A program made the position numbers and the translations under genes. The notes under the pieces are model-generated. The model searched no databases and was not told where the DNA came from. It saw only the letters and a program-made list of their open reading frames with translations. Shown one piece after another: positions 18,507-28,026 of a stretch of 64,000 nt of DNA. The number at the start of each line of letters is the position of its first letter. Position 1 is the stretch's first letter. Origin of the DNA: Candidatus Omnitrophota bacterium (lineage in GTDB: Bacteria; Omnitrophota; Gorgyraeia; Zapsychrales; Zapsychraceae); the NCBI GenBank assembly GCA_035292445.1, contig DATDQB010000001.1:71530-135529 (forward strand), in the 5' to 3' direction.

Positions 18507-19856
18507 TTAAAAGTTTACGTTAACGTGGACGATCGCTTGCTTGGCTGTCTGACCACTAGTTGATGTGAATACGCCCTTGGGAATGAACCATCCAAGATTA
18601 CCTCCGATTTGGACATCTTCGGTGTAATCATAGATTAATTCAAAATCGATTTCTTTACCAAGATCGGAGTTCTCTCTCTTGATCTCAACATCTACATCGC
18701 TGCTACTACCTGGCTGATTCAAGCTGATTTGAGAGATACCTGCACCTAAGTCTCTTTCCAAGAAAAGACCCGTCACGGAAAGTTTGGCCAATAAATCTTC
18801 CATCGGGTTAAACCCGAGGGTTATTGTATGGATTTCCGCGTTTGTCAGATCAAAGAGGGCGTTATAAATCTTGCCACCCGCTTGATTTTCAAACATGGGG
18901 TCCCATCCTGTAAAGTCACCATCATCATCAGAATCTTCAGCATTTCCTGTGACTTTGGTGTAGACGTATTGCGCGGTCGGGTTGTATTCATCAAAAGCCG
19001 GAATCTGGTAATTGGCGATGAATTGGACCGCCCAAGCATTACGTCTTGCGTGATTAGTACCAAAATTATGCGTACCTTTTTGGTAAGCATTTTCCACTTG
19101 AAGGTTTAACCCTTCAAACGGATTGGTGCTAACACGTCCACCAACGGTATATACCTCATCAGCTTTTATGCCTCCTGCAGGGTTTTGATCAACCTTTTTC
19201 CAGAAGTAGGCTTCGATGATGGAATTATAATCATCACCGAGCTGATAATTGGCGTTGATACCAGCAAGCATAGTATCATCATCGTGTGTATATATGCTGC
19301 CGCTGCTTGTTTCGTCAATCTGGGCATACACGATGTCGATGGTGAGCGGATTGTAATCCAAGATCGCTCGGATCGCATCCAGTGTTGTTTGCTTGGTTAG
19401 GTCATCAGCCACATCCGCGAGCCCTGAAGTGTCTGGCGCATGGTTATTGGTTCCGGATGAATCAACAATAAGGCTGTTTCCATAACGGAAACTTTGACGA
19501 CCGATGATCAACGTTAACGGAGAATAGAGCATTTCCCTTAACGTTACGTAGGCCAATAGGATATCGACGCTCGAGTTGCTGCTATCCTCATGCACCCATG
19601 GTCTTTCATTGATTAAGGCGATCGTTGCCCCGACTTGATCCGTCAGGTCGGCATCGACTTGCAAAATAGCCTGCGTGAGAAAAGTGGATTGCTTTTCATC
19701 AACGCCGGTATTATGGCCTAAATCAAAGTTTTTTCTGAACAAATACGTGCTGTCAACGCTGCCGCTGACGCGCACGTTTTGTACAGCAGCGAATGCTGAG
19801 CCAGCAACCATCGCTGTAGCCAAGAGCATCGCTGTTATCATTAATAATTTTCTCAT
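18507..19856 (-). CDS. Outer-membrane beta-barrel protein (porin-like)
   Basis: The signal peptide is MRKLLMITAMLLATAMVAGSAFA. The sequence has alternating beta-strand character and a C-terminal Phe (..VNVNF). GGAGGAG lies upstream. Confidence 0.6.
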   Translation of the reverse strand: MRKLLMITAMLLATAMVAGSAFAAVQNVRVSGSVDSTYLFRKNFDLGHNTGVDEKQSTFLTQAILQVDADLTDQVGATIALINERPWVHEDSSNSSVDILLAYVTLREMLYSPLTLIIGRQSFRYGNSLIVDSSGTNNHAPDTSGLADVADDLTKQTTLDAIRAILDYNPLTIDIVYAQIDETSSGSIYTHDDDTMLAGINANYQLGDDYNSIIEAYFWKKVDQNPAGGIKADEVYTVGGRVSTNPFEGLNLQVENAYQKGTHNFGTNHARRNAWAVQFIANYQIPAFDEYNPTAQYVYTKVTGNAEDSDDDGDFTGWDPMFENQAGGKIYNALFDLTNAEIHTITLGFNPMEDLLAKLSVTGLFLERDLGAGISQISLNQPGSSSDVDVEIKRENSDLGKEIDFELIYDYTEDVQIGGNLGWFIPKGVFTSTSGQTAKQAIVHVNVNF

Positions 19857-20139
19857 TAGTTTTCTCCTCCAAAAAGTACAAGTTATGATTAACCTAAGTT
19901 GTTAAAACGATTTATGACTAAACTAGACGTTATATTGCCTAGATAGTTTCGCCTTACGTCCAGCATACTGATGATACCGACACAATAGTATTCCATCCCT
20001 CCTTTCTATGTCAAAAATGGAATCATCGCTGGTTCATGCAGTTACTAAAGTTGAGTGTATTATCACACTCACTCAAAAGGGTGTCAATAATTTTTAATTT
20101 TTTTTTAAGACCCCTTTTAAAAAAAGGGTACCTAAAAAA

Positions 20140-20214
20140 TGCGCCTGGGTGGATTCGAACCACCCACGCCGGCCTTAGGAGAGCCGCGCTCTATCCATAC
20201 TGAGCTACAGGCGC
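20140..20214 (-). tRNA. tRNA-Arg (anticodon CCT)
   Basis: The reverse complement folds as a 75-nt cloverleaf. It has a GCGCCTG acceptor stem, a GGTTCGAATCC T-arm and the anticodon loop CT-CCT-AA. CCA is not encoded. Confidence 0.85.
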
Positions 20215-20347
20215 ATACTACCACAAAATCTTTTATTGAGAGAAGTATGCGCCAGTCCTCGCTTCATCTAAATTAAAATTTAAGCTAAGCGAGGGCAGGC
20301 GCTTTTATTAATAATATTTATATTCTAAAAAAACTTAACAATACGTT

Positions 20348-20881
20348 TTAGTATTTAATAATCGAATAGACCAAAACATCTTTTAATTTATCCTTACCCT
20401 TTAAAAATCCCAATTCAACGAGAAAAGCGACTCCTGCGATTTGAGCCCCCTGCGCCTTGACCAAATCACAAACAGCCCGAATCGTACCCCCGGTAGCCAA
20501 TAAATCATCCACGATTAAGACACGGCTATTAGGGGTAAGCGCGTCTTCATGGATCTCCAACTCATCTGTGCCATATTCCAATGCATACGAAATACGTTTG
20601 GTTTTATGCGGCAATTTTCCTTTTTTACGCACCGGGATAAATCCCGCCCCCAATTTATAGGCAACAGTCGCCCCAAAGATAAATCCCCTCGCCTCCACCC
20701 CTACCACATACTCAATATTTTCTTTCTTAAATTTTTTTACCAACAAATCGACGGATTTCTTAAAAGCGTCCTTTTGTTTAAGGAGGGTCGTGATATCCTT
20801 GAAAATGATCCCTTCTTTAGGAAAATTCGGAATATCCCGGATATGCGATCTCAATTCACTCTTTCTGACTTTAGCGACCAT
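20348..20881 (-). CDS. apt: Adenine phosphoribosyltransferase
   Basis: PFKEGIIFKDITTLL is present together with the PRPP-binding motif VLIVDDLLATGGT. Confidence 0.9.
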   Translation of the reverse strand: MVAKVRKSELRSHIRDIPNFPKEGIIFKDITTLLKQKDAFKKSVDLLVKKFKKENIEYVVGVEARGFIFGATVAYKLGAGFIPVRKKGKLPHKTKRISYALEYGTDELEIHEDALTPNSRVLIVDDLLATGGTIRAVCDLVKAQGAQIAGVAFLVELGFLKGKDKLKDVLVYSIIKY

Positions 20882-20891
20882 GGACGAAGTC

Positions 20892-21842
20892 CTATCCCTT
20901 GCAAGAGGTGATTGATTGACGTTTAATAAATTTGGTCGGCAAAACCACTTTGACAGGCAGTTTCACTTTTCCTTGACTTATCTGGCTTAAATTTTCTGCA
21001 CCCAAACGCCCCATCTCTACCAAAGGCTGCGCCACCGTCGTCAACGAAATGGAACTCGTCGTATTCAACGGATTATCGTCGAATCCGATGACCGACAGAT
21101 CATCGGGAACGCGAAGGCCCATGCCCTTGGCCACATCCATCAGTTCCAAGGCCATCACATCGGAGGCGGCGAAAACCGCCGTCGGAGGACTGTCCAAGGA
21201 AAGAAGTTTCTTGGCCGCCTGGCGGGCGGGAGTACGAAGAAAATCGCCAAAGATCGTATAATTCTTGGGCACACGGATACCGTGTTTTTGTAATGCTTCG
21301 CGGTAACCCTCAAGGCGCATTAAACCCGATTGTGTTGAAGCATCGCCGGCAATGGTGGCGATGCGTACGTGTCCCAATTTGATCAACACCTCGATACATT
21401 CAACCGCCGCTTTTTTATTATCGACGGCCACAAAATTCATCGGCGTATCCAAAATATTATTCAGCACCATGCAGGGAACGCCGCTTTGAATGGCCTTCTT
21501 GACGACATTCACATCATTATCAATATCGGCGAAAATAATACCGTCAACATAATCCTTATCCATTAAAGAAGAATCCAGCCAGCCGCGATGATCGCTGCGA
21601 TCCACAATGTGAATAAGGATATCCGCCTTCAGCCGGCTCGCTGACAGGCTCACACCATGAATGATCTGGCCCGCATAATAGGAATGAAAAATGTCTTCAA
21701 AACGGGGAATAACCAATACAAAGGTGGGTTTTCGTTTCTTACTCATCCTTTTCTTCCTGTTCTTGTTCTCGTTGCTTGATGATCTGCCGAATTTTCTTAA
21801 TGGTGGCCGCTTCCAGCTGTCGGACACGCTCACGGGAAACAC
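20892..21842 (-). CDS. LacI-type periplasmic-binding-fold (PBP-I) ligand-binding domain protein without an HTH; probable start at ATG 21746
   Basis: A sugar-binding-domain-like core (VFAASDVMALELM...VIGFDDNPL) lacks any N-terminal DNA-binding HTH. The ATG at 21746 overlaps the sigma-factor stop in ATGA style. Confidence 0.55.
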   Translation of the reverse strand: MFPVSVSDSWKRPPLRKFGRSSSNENKNRKKRMSKKRKPTFVLVIPRFEDIFHSYYAGQIIHGVSLSASRLKADILIHIVDRSDHRGWLDSSLMDKDYVDGIIFADIDNDVNVVKKAIQSGVPCMVLNNILDTPMNFVAVDNKKAAVECIEVLIKLGHVRIATIAGDASTQSGLMRLEGYREALQKHGIRVPKNYTIFGDFLRTPARQAAKKLLSLDSPPTAVFAASDVMALELMDVAKGMGLRVPDDLSVIGFDDNPLNTTSSISLTTVAQPLVEMGRLGAENLSQISQGKVKLPVKVVLPTKFIKRQSITSCKG

Positions 21843-22569
21843 CGAGCTCTTTGGCGATCTCGGCCAGCGTATGGGCCGTCCCGTCGGTTAAACCGTAGCG
21901 CATATCCAATATCTTTCGTTCCCGCTCATTGAGGGTTTCCAAAAATCCTATCGCCCTTTCTTTATTGATAAAAATCTCAAGGCTTTCATCAGGCGCAACA
22001 ATATTCTCATCTTCAATGATATCGATCACCTGCCCGTCACCGCTTTCTCCAATTGGCGCATCCAGACTCGACATCTTGGCGATCGATTTTTCCAAATCAC
22101 GCACCTTATCCACGGCTATCTTCATGGACTTGGCCACTTCCCCCATCCGCGGCTTGCGTTTCAACTTATGCGTCAATTTCTCAACGGTCTTTTTATATTT
22201 GAGGATTTCCTCATTCATGTAAACGGGAACGCGGATCATCTTCCCCTGGTCGATGATGGCGCGTGAAATCCCCTGTTTGATCCACCAAGCCGCGTAAGTC
22301 GAAAAACGAAATCCTCTATCAGGATCAAATTTTTCAACGCTTTTCATAAGACCGATGTTGCCTTCTTCGATCAGATCGGAAAGGGCCACGCCTAAGTTGG
22401 TATAACGTTTGGCGATGCTGATGACCAGCCGCAGATTCGACCTGATCATCTTTTCGCGGGCCTTCTTATCGCCTTTCTGTATCTTACGGGCGAGATCAAT
22501 CTCTTCCTCAGGAGTCAACAAAGGGATCGGCCGCACGTCTTTAAGGTAAGCTTTGATCGGATCGGTCAT
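21739..22569 (-). CDS. RNA polymerase sigma factor, sigma-70 family (RpoD/SigA-like, compact)
   Basis: Region 2 is KFDPDRGFRFSTYAAWWIKQGISRAI. Regions 3 and 4 (TLAEIAKELGVSRERVRQLEAATIKKIR) are present. Length 276 aa with no region 1.1. Confidence 0.85.
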   Translation of the reverse strand: MTDPIKAYLKDVRPIPLLTPEEEIDLARKIQKGDKKAREKMIRSNLRLVISIAKRYTNLGVALSDLIEEGNIGLMKSVEKFDPDRGFRFSTYAAWWIKQGISRAIIDQGKMIRVPVYMNEEILKYKKTVEKLTHKLKRKPRMGEVAKSMKIAVDKVRDLEKSIAKMSSLDAPIGESGDGQVIDIIEDENIVAPDESLEIFINKERAIGFLETLNERERKILDMRYGLTDGTAHTLAEIAKELGVSRERVRQLEAATIKKIRQIIKQREQEQEEKDE

Positions 22570-22572
22570 AAA

Positions 22573-25335
22573 TTAACGTTTACGCGTTTTTTTCTTTGAC
22601 TTATACCCGTTACCCATGGCCAACGCCGCTTGGGCCGCCGCCAACCGGGCGATAGGGACACGATACGGCGAACAGCTGACATAATCCATGCCCACTTTAT
22701 GGCAGAAATGGATCGATGCCGGATCACCGCCGTGCTCGCCGCAAATGCCGATTTTCAGATTCGGCCGCTTTGATCGCCCCTTTTGGACGCTGATCTCGAT
22801 CAGCTGCCCGATGCCGGCAACGTCGATACTTTGGAACGGATCCTCGGGCAAAATGTTTTTCGTTACATAATCCGGTAAAAAGCCCCCAATGTCATCGCGA
22901 GAAAAACCAAAACCCATTTGAGTCAGATCGTTCGTCCCAAAAGAAAAAAATTCAGCGTCTTCGGCGATTTCATCGGCTGTTAACGCGGCTCGCGGGATTT
23001 CGATCATCGTCCCCCAAAGATACGGAATCTTTTTTACCTTATATTTTTTGCATACCTCCTGCTCGATACGATCCATAATCTTCCTTTGATCCCTTAGTTC
23101 ATTAACAGAACATACAACAGGAATCATGATCTCCGGATACACTTTCCTCCCAGCTTTCAACAACTCGATAGTCGCCTCTAAAATGGCCTTGAACTGCATT
23201 TCGCTTATCTCCGGGAACGTGACCCCCAAGCGCACACCGCGGTGGCCCATCATCGGATTGGTCTCATGCAATGAGGCCGCCCGCTTCTCCAATTCCTCCG
23301 TCGAAATTCCAAGACTCTTGGCCAAATCCACCAATGCCTCTTTCTTTTTCGGGACGAATTCGTGAAGTGGCGGGTCCAGCAAACGGAATGTGACCGGAAA
23401 TCCGCTCATCGCCTCCAAGGTTCCCTTAACATCACTTTTGACGTGAGGATATAACTCATCCAATGCACGCTGACGCTCCTCCGGCGTTGATGAAACGATC
23501 ATTTTTCTTAATTTAAAAAGGGGCTCTTCGGAATTCTTTCCGTAAAACATATGCTCGGTCCTGAAAAGACCGATGCCTTCCGCCCCGAATGCGCGGGCCT
23601 TCGCCGCATCTTCGGGCGTATCCGCGTTGGTACGGATTTTTAACGTGCGTATCGTATCGCAGATCTTAAGGAATTCCATAAAATAAGGGTTTTCTTCGGT
23701 CGCATCGATCATCGACAGGCGCTTTTCATAAAAAGTCCCTTTGGTCCCGTTAAGCGTGATCCAATCGCCTTCTTTAAGAGTTGTTCCATCAACCTGAACC
23801 GTTTTATGATGCCTGTTAAGCTCCATGTCGGAACATCCCACGATACAACATTTGCCCCACCCGCGGGCAACGAGGGCCGCATGCGAGGTCATCCCGCCGC
23901 GTGCCGTTAAAATAGCTTCGGAGGCGCGCATGCCTTCGACGTCTTCGGGGTTTGTTTCTTCGCGCACAAGGATGACCTGCTTGCCATCTTTTTTCCATTT
24001 AACCGCATCCTCGGCGGTAAAAACGATCTGACCGCTTGCCCCGCCGGGTCCGGCGGGTAATCCTTTGCCTAACACTTTGGCATGTTTTTCTTCGGCAGGA
24101 TCGATAATCGGATGAAGCAATTCATCCAACTGGGAAGGTTTCACGCGCTTAACGGCCTGCGCGTTGGTGATCAATCCTTCTTTGACCATATCCACGGCCA
24201 TGCGCACCGCTGCCGGGCCGTTTCTTTTACCGGATCGGCACTGAAGCATATAAAGCTTTCCGTTCTCAACGGTAAACTCGATATCCTGCATATCCTGATA
24301 ATGTTTTTCCAGCCGACGACGGATGTCTTCCAGCTGCTTATAGATTTTGGGGTTTTCCTGCTCGAGGGTCTGTAAATGCTTGTTATTATCGGATTGGGAG
24401 TATCTGTTGACCGGCGCGGGCGTGCGGATACCGGCGACCACGTCTTCCCCTTGGGCGTTGACCAAATACTCGCCGTAGAATTTGTTTTCGCCGTTGCCGG
24501 GATTGCGCGTAAAAGCAACTCCCGTGGATGAGGTGGTGCCCGTGTTGCCAAAGACCATGCTTTGGACATTGACGGCCGTTCCCCACTCCTCCGGAATATT
24601 TTCGATCCTGCGGTAGGAAACAGCGCGCTTGCCCTTCCAAGAAGCGAACACCGCGGTGATGGCACCCCACAATTGCTCTTCGGGATTGTCTGGGAATTCC
24701 TTCCCCAAGACTTCCTTTATGCGGGTCTTATATAACCCGCAGACCTTTTTTAAATCATCGGCATCCAGTTCGGTATCTAACTTAACGCCCTTTGCTTTTT
24801 TCGTCTTCTCAAGAATTTTATCCAATTGAACACGGATGCCCTGTCCTTCGGGCGGCTCGATACCGGCCGCTTTTTCCATGACAACGTCCGAATACATCGT
24901 AATAAGCCGTCGGTAGGCATCATAGGCAAAACGCTCGTTCTTAAATTTCTCAATGAGGCCGGGTATCGTCTTTTCCGTTAAACCGGCATTGAGGATGGTT
25001 TCCATCATCCCCGGCATGGACGTGCGGGCGCCCGAGCGGACCGAAACCAAAAGAGGGTTCTTGGGATCGCCGAATTTTCTGCCCAAGATCTTTTCAATTC
25101 TTTTTATAGCCGTATTGACTTGCTCTTTTAATCCGACCGGATATTTTCTGCTGTTTTGATAGTAATAGGTGCAGACCTCCGTTGAGATCGTGAAACCAGG
25201 CGGGACAGGCAAGCGCAGATCTTTATGGCCGGACATCTCAGCGAGATTAGCCCCTTTTCCTCCCAATAGATTTTTCATTGCCGCGACACCTTCCGCTTTT
25301 CCGTCTCCGAAAAAATAAACATACTTCTTTGCCAT
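22573..25335 (-). CDS. ppdK: Pyruvate, phosphate dikinase
   Basis: N-terminus FGDGKAEGVAAMKNLLGGKGANLAEM. A central phospho-His domain and a C-terminal PEP-utilising TIM barrel follow. Length 920 aa. The C-terminus carries an unusual tail, KSKKKTRKR. Confidence 0.95.
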   Translation of the reverse strand: MAKKYVYFFGDGKAEGVAAMKNLLGGKGANLAEMSGHKDLRLPVPPGFTISTEVCTYYYQNSRKYPVGLKEQVNTAIKRIEKILGRKFGDPKNPLLVSVRSGARTSMPGMMETILNAGLTEKTIPGLIEKFKNERFAYDAYRRLITMYSDVVMEKAAGIEPPEGQGIRVQLDKILEKTKKAKGVKLDTELDADDLKKVCGLYKTRIKEVLGKEFPDNPEEQLWGAITAVFASWKGKRAVSYRRIENIPEEWGTAVNVQSMVFGNTGTTSSTGVAFTRNPGNGENKFYGEYLVNAQGEDVVAGIRTPAPVNRYSQSDNNKHLQTLEQENPKIYKQLEDIRRRLEKHYQDMQDIEFTVENGKLYMLQCRSGKRNGPAAVRMAVDMVKEGLITNAQAVKRVKPSQLDELLHPIIDPAEEKHAKVLGKGLPAGPGGASGQIVFTAEDAVKWKKDGKQVILVREETNPEDVEGMRASEAILTARGGMTSHAALVARGWGKCCIVGCSDMELNRHHKTVQVDGTTLKEGDWITLNGTKGTFYEKRLSMIDATEENPYFMEFLKICDTIRTLKIRTNADTPEDAAKARAFGAEGIGLFRTEHMFYGKNSEEPLFKLRKMIVSSTPEERQRALDELYPHVKSDVKGTLEAMSGFPVTFRLLDPPLHEFVPKKKEALVDLAKSLGISTEELEKRAASLHETNPMMGHRGVRLGVTFPEISEMQFKAILEATIELLKAGRKVYPEIMIPVVCSVNELRDQRKIMDRIEQEVCKKYKVKKIPYLWGTMIEIPRAALTADEIAEDAEFFSFGTNDLTQMGFGFSRDDIGGFLPDYVTKNILPEDPFQSIDVAGIGQLIEISVQKGRSKRPNLKIGICGEHGGDPASIHFCHKVGMDYVSCSPYRVPIARLAAAQAALAMGNGYKSKKKTRKR

Positions 25336-25355
25336 TTCTCGTTACCTTTCTTTTC

Positions 25356-26660
25356 TTATGATAATTGTTCCGTTAAATAACTCTTCAATTGAGTGATCGA
25401 AATGCGCTTTTGTTCCATGGTGTCGCGCTCACGGACCGTGACTTTCTGGTCGCTTAAAGAATCCACGTCCACCGTAACACAAAAATATGTCCCGACTTCA
25501 TCCTGCCGGCGGTAAAGCTTGCCGATGGCGGCCGTGTCATCATACACGCAAACAAATTGCTGTTGAAGGTCCTTTTTAATGTTTTGGGCCATCGTCACCA
25601 AGTCGCTATTTTTCTTCAATAACGGCAAGACGGCCACATGGCGCGGCGCCAAATGTTTATTTAATTTTAATACGACCCGTATTTTTCCTTCAACCTCTTC
25701 TTCATGATACGCGTCCACCAAGAATGCCAGTGTGGCCCGGTCAACGCCGCCGGACGGCTCGATAACATAGGGAAAAAACTTTTCTTGGGTGATCTGATCA
25801 TGGAATTGCAAATCCACGCCGGAAAATTTCGCATGCTGCTTTAAGTCATAATCCGCGCGATTGGCAATGCCTTCCAGCTCCGACCAGCCGAAAGGAAATT
25901 GGTACTCGATGTCACTGCACGCTTTGGCGTAATGCGCCAATTCGTCTTTAGCGTGTGGCCGGATCTTTAACTTCTCTTTTTTGATGCCCAGTTTCAGATA
26001 CCAGCCGAAACGTTCTTCGATCCATCTCTTGTACCAGCCCTCCGCATCCTCGGGCCGCGTGAAATATTCGATCTCCATCTGTTCGAATTCGCGCATACGA
26101 AAGGTGAAATTTCCCGGTGTGACTTCGTTACGGAATGACTTGCCGATCTGGGCGATGCCGAAAGGAAGCTTACGGCTCGTTGCGTCCACCACATTATTAA
26201 AATTGACAAAGATCCCTTGGGCTGTTTCGGGCCGCAAATACGCGGTCGATGACTCATCCTGCACCGCGCCCATATACGTTTTGAACATCAGGTTAAACGG
26301 GCGGCCTTCCGTAAAATCCTTACCCCCGCAGTTCGGGCATTTCCCTTTAAGATGGTCCTGACGGAACCTTTTCTTGCATTTCTTGCAATCAACGAGAATA
26401 TCGTTAAAATTTGCCGTATGGCCCGAGGCTTCCCAGGTCTTGGGGTTCATGAGAATGGCGGCATCAAGCCCCGCCATATCGTCGCGCTCATGGACGACCG
26501 CCTTCCACCACGCTTCTTTGACGTTTCGCTTAAGCTCAACACCCAAGGGACCGTAATCCCACGTGCTTCCCAATCCTCCATATATCTCGGAAGATTGATA
26601 AATGAAGCCCCGCCTCTTGCAAAGCGAAACGATCTTTTCCATTAAATCCGTGTTAGACAA
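25356..26660 (-). CDS. glyQS: Glycine--tRNA ligase, alpha2 (archaeal/eukaryote-like dimeric) type
   Basis: CKRRGFIYQSSEIYGGLGSTWDYGPLG is present with class II motifs and a C-terminal anticodon-binding domain. The track start is TTG; an ATG lies 6 codons downstream. Confidence 0.9.
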   Translation of the reverse strand: MSNTDLMEKIVSLCKRRGFIYQSSEIYGGLGSTWDYGPLGVELKRNVKEAWWKAVVHERDDMAGLDAAILMNPKTWEASGHTANFNDILVDCKKCKKRFRQDHLKGKCPNCGGKDFTEGRPFNLMFKTYMGAVQDESSTAYLRPETAQGIFVNFNNVVDATSRKLPFGIAQIGKSFRNEVTPGNFTFRMREFEQMEIEYFTRPEDAEGWYKRWIEERFGWYLKLGIKKEKLKIRPHAKDELAHYAKACSDIEYQFPFGWSELEGIANRADYDLKQHAKFSGVDLQFHDQITQEKFFPYVIEPSGGVDRATLAFLVDAYHEEEVEGKIRVVLKLNKHLAPRHVAVLPLLKKNSDLVTMAQNIKKDLQQQFVCVYDDTAAIGKLYRRQDEVGTYFCVTVDVDSLSDQKVTVRERDTMEQKRISITQLKSYLTEQLS

Positions 26661-26784
26661 GTAACTTCCCCGCTGGCGTAATCTTTAATTAGGTTGCCTC
26701 TTTTATATTATTAATACTAAAGGGCCGATTGGAATTGACACATGGAGAAGTTATTTTAACGAAAACCATTTCAAAAAGCAATAT

Positions 26785-27753
26785 TTATGTTTGCTGAGAT
26801 TCCTCTTCTTTAAGAAAATCCAGAATCCGTTGCTCTTCAATGACCCTGCTTTTCCAGCGTTTGTGCATCCAACCACCCCACTCCCAAGGCCGCTCCCGCA
26901 CATGCTGTTCAATGATCTTAGTCAGTTTCGCAATATTAGCGACAATCGTTTCTTGGTCATCATCAAAACGCTCCAATTGAAAAGGCGGTTCAATGACCAA
27001 TTGATGACGGTCGCCTCCTTCGTGCCTCATAAAAACGGGCAAAATAGGGGATCCCGTGCGAATGGAGAAAATAACGGGGCCGGTCGCCGTCGCCGCCGGC
27101 TCTCCGAAGAAATCCACAAAGACGCGTCCGTCACCGCCGTAATTCTGATCCAACAAAATATAAAGAATCTCATTATTGCGTAAGGCTCGGATGCATTTCT
27201 GAACGCACTGCCTGGGTGGCAAATCATAAATGGTTCCCACACCCCGTTCGTTACGAAACTGCGAGATATACTCTTCCCATTTCTCATCACGCACACGGCG
27301 CATGATCACGTTGGTTTTGTACCCGGCAAGAACCGTTTTTAAATACATCAAAATAAAACTTCCGTAATGGGCGCTGACGAGAATGGCCCCCTTACCTGCT
27401 TTGAGAACATTATCCAGGTTCTCTTGTCCTACGATCTTGACTTTCTCGTTAATTTCCTTCGGCCGGTCGATGAAATAAATAAGATCAATCATCCCGCGGG
27501 CGAAGTGGTTATAGCATTTGTGATAAATTTGTTCGATCTCCTCGGAAGAGCGCTCATTCCCGAAAGCGATGCGAAGGTTCTCCAAGGCGATTTTCCTTTT
27601 TTTATTTAACAACGGAAAACCCAAGGCCATAAAAAAATGGGCGAGCACTTTATAGAGAGGATACGGCAGGCGCGCGATGATCCAGCGCAACACATAAAAG
27701 GTGTTGCGCGCCAGTGCCCGGTTGAACTTTTTTGTATTTTCCTTGAAAGACAT
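26785..27753 (-). CDS. Lipid A biosynthesis acyltransferase family protein (LpxL/HtrB-like)
   Basis: An N-terminal TM anchor plus a Lip_A_acyltrans-like core. Length 322 aa. The assignment is family-level only. Confidence 0.6.
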   Translation of the reverse strand: MSFKENTKKFNRALARNTFYVLRWIIARLPYPLYKVLAHFFMALGFPLLNKKRKIALENLRIAFGNERSSEEIEQIYHKCYNHFARGMIDLIYFIDRPKEINEKVKIVGQENLDNVLKAGKGAILVSAHYGSFILMYLKTVLAGYKTNVIMRRVRDEKWEEYISQFRNERGVGTIYDLPPRQCVQKCIRALRNNEILYILLDQNYGGDGRVFVDFFGEPAATATGPVIFSIRTGSPILPVFMRHEGGDRHQLVIEPPFQLERFDDDQETIVANIAKLTKIIEQHVRERPWEWGGWMHKRWKSRVIEEQRILDFLKEEESQQT

Positions 27754-27756
27754 CAG

Positions 27757-28026
27757 TTAATACTCTCCCCCCAACATCTTGTAATATTCGCTCATCTTTT
27801 CGAAAGAAACGATCGCCCCTTTAATCAAGGCCGCCGATATCGCGAGGATAATGATGGAAAGGATAACCTTTTTTGACGAAGAATACCGCGGATTGAACCA
27901 CACCAACGGCAATATAAAGGGGCCGACGCACAGAAACCCGATAACAATACTCGACGTCGAAAAATACCATTTTGGTTTTTCAGATGTTTTCATTTCTGTC
28001 TGCTGATTTATAGGTTGATCGCTCAT
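27757..28026 (-). CDS. Small membrane protein, hypothetical
   Basis: Two predicted TM helices. It is co-directional and tightly packed between lpxL-like and panB. Confidence 0.4.
   Translation of the reverse strand: MSDQPINQQTEMKTSEKPKWYFSTSSIVIGFLCVGPFILPLVWFNPRYSSSKKVILSIIILAISAALIKGAIVSFEKMSEYYKMLGGEY

Noticed and set aside
20098-20133. CCCCTTTT-AAAAAAAGGG hairpin flanked by a T9 run, next to tRNA-Arg
   Set aside because: On the tRNA (minus) strand the hairpin is followed by A-tract, not U-tract. On the plus strand the T-run precedes the hairpin. It does not fit a functional intrinsic terminator in either orientation.
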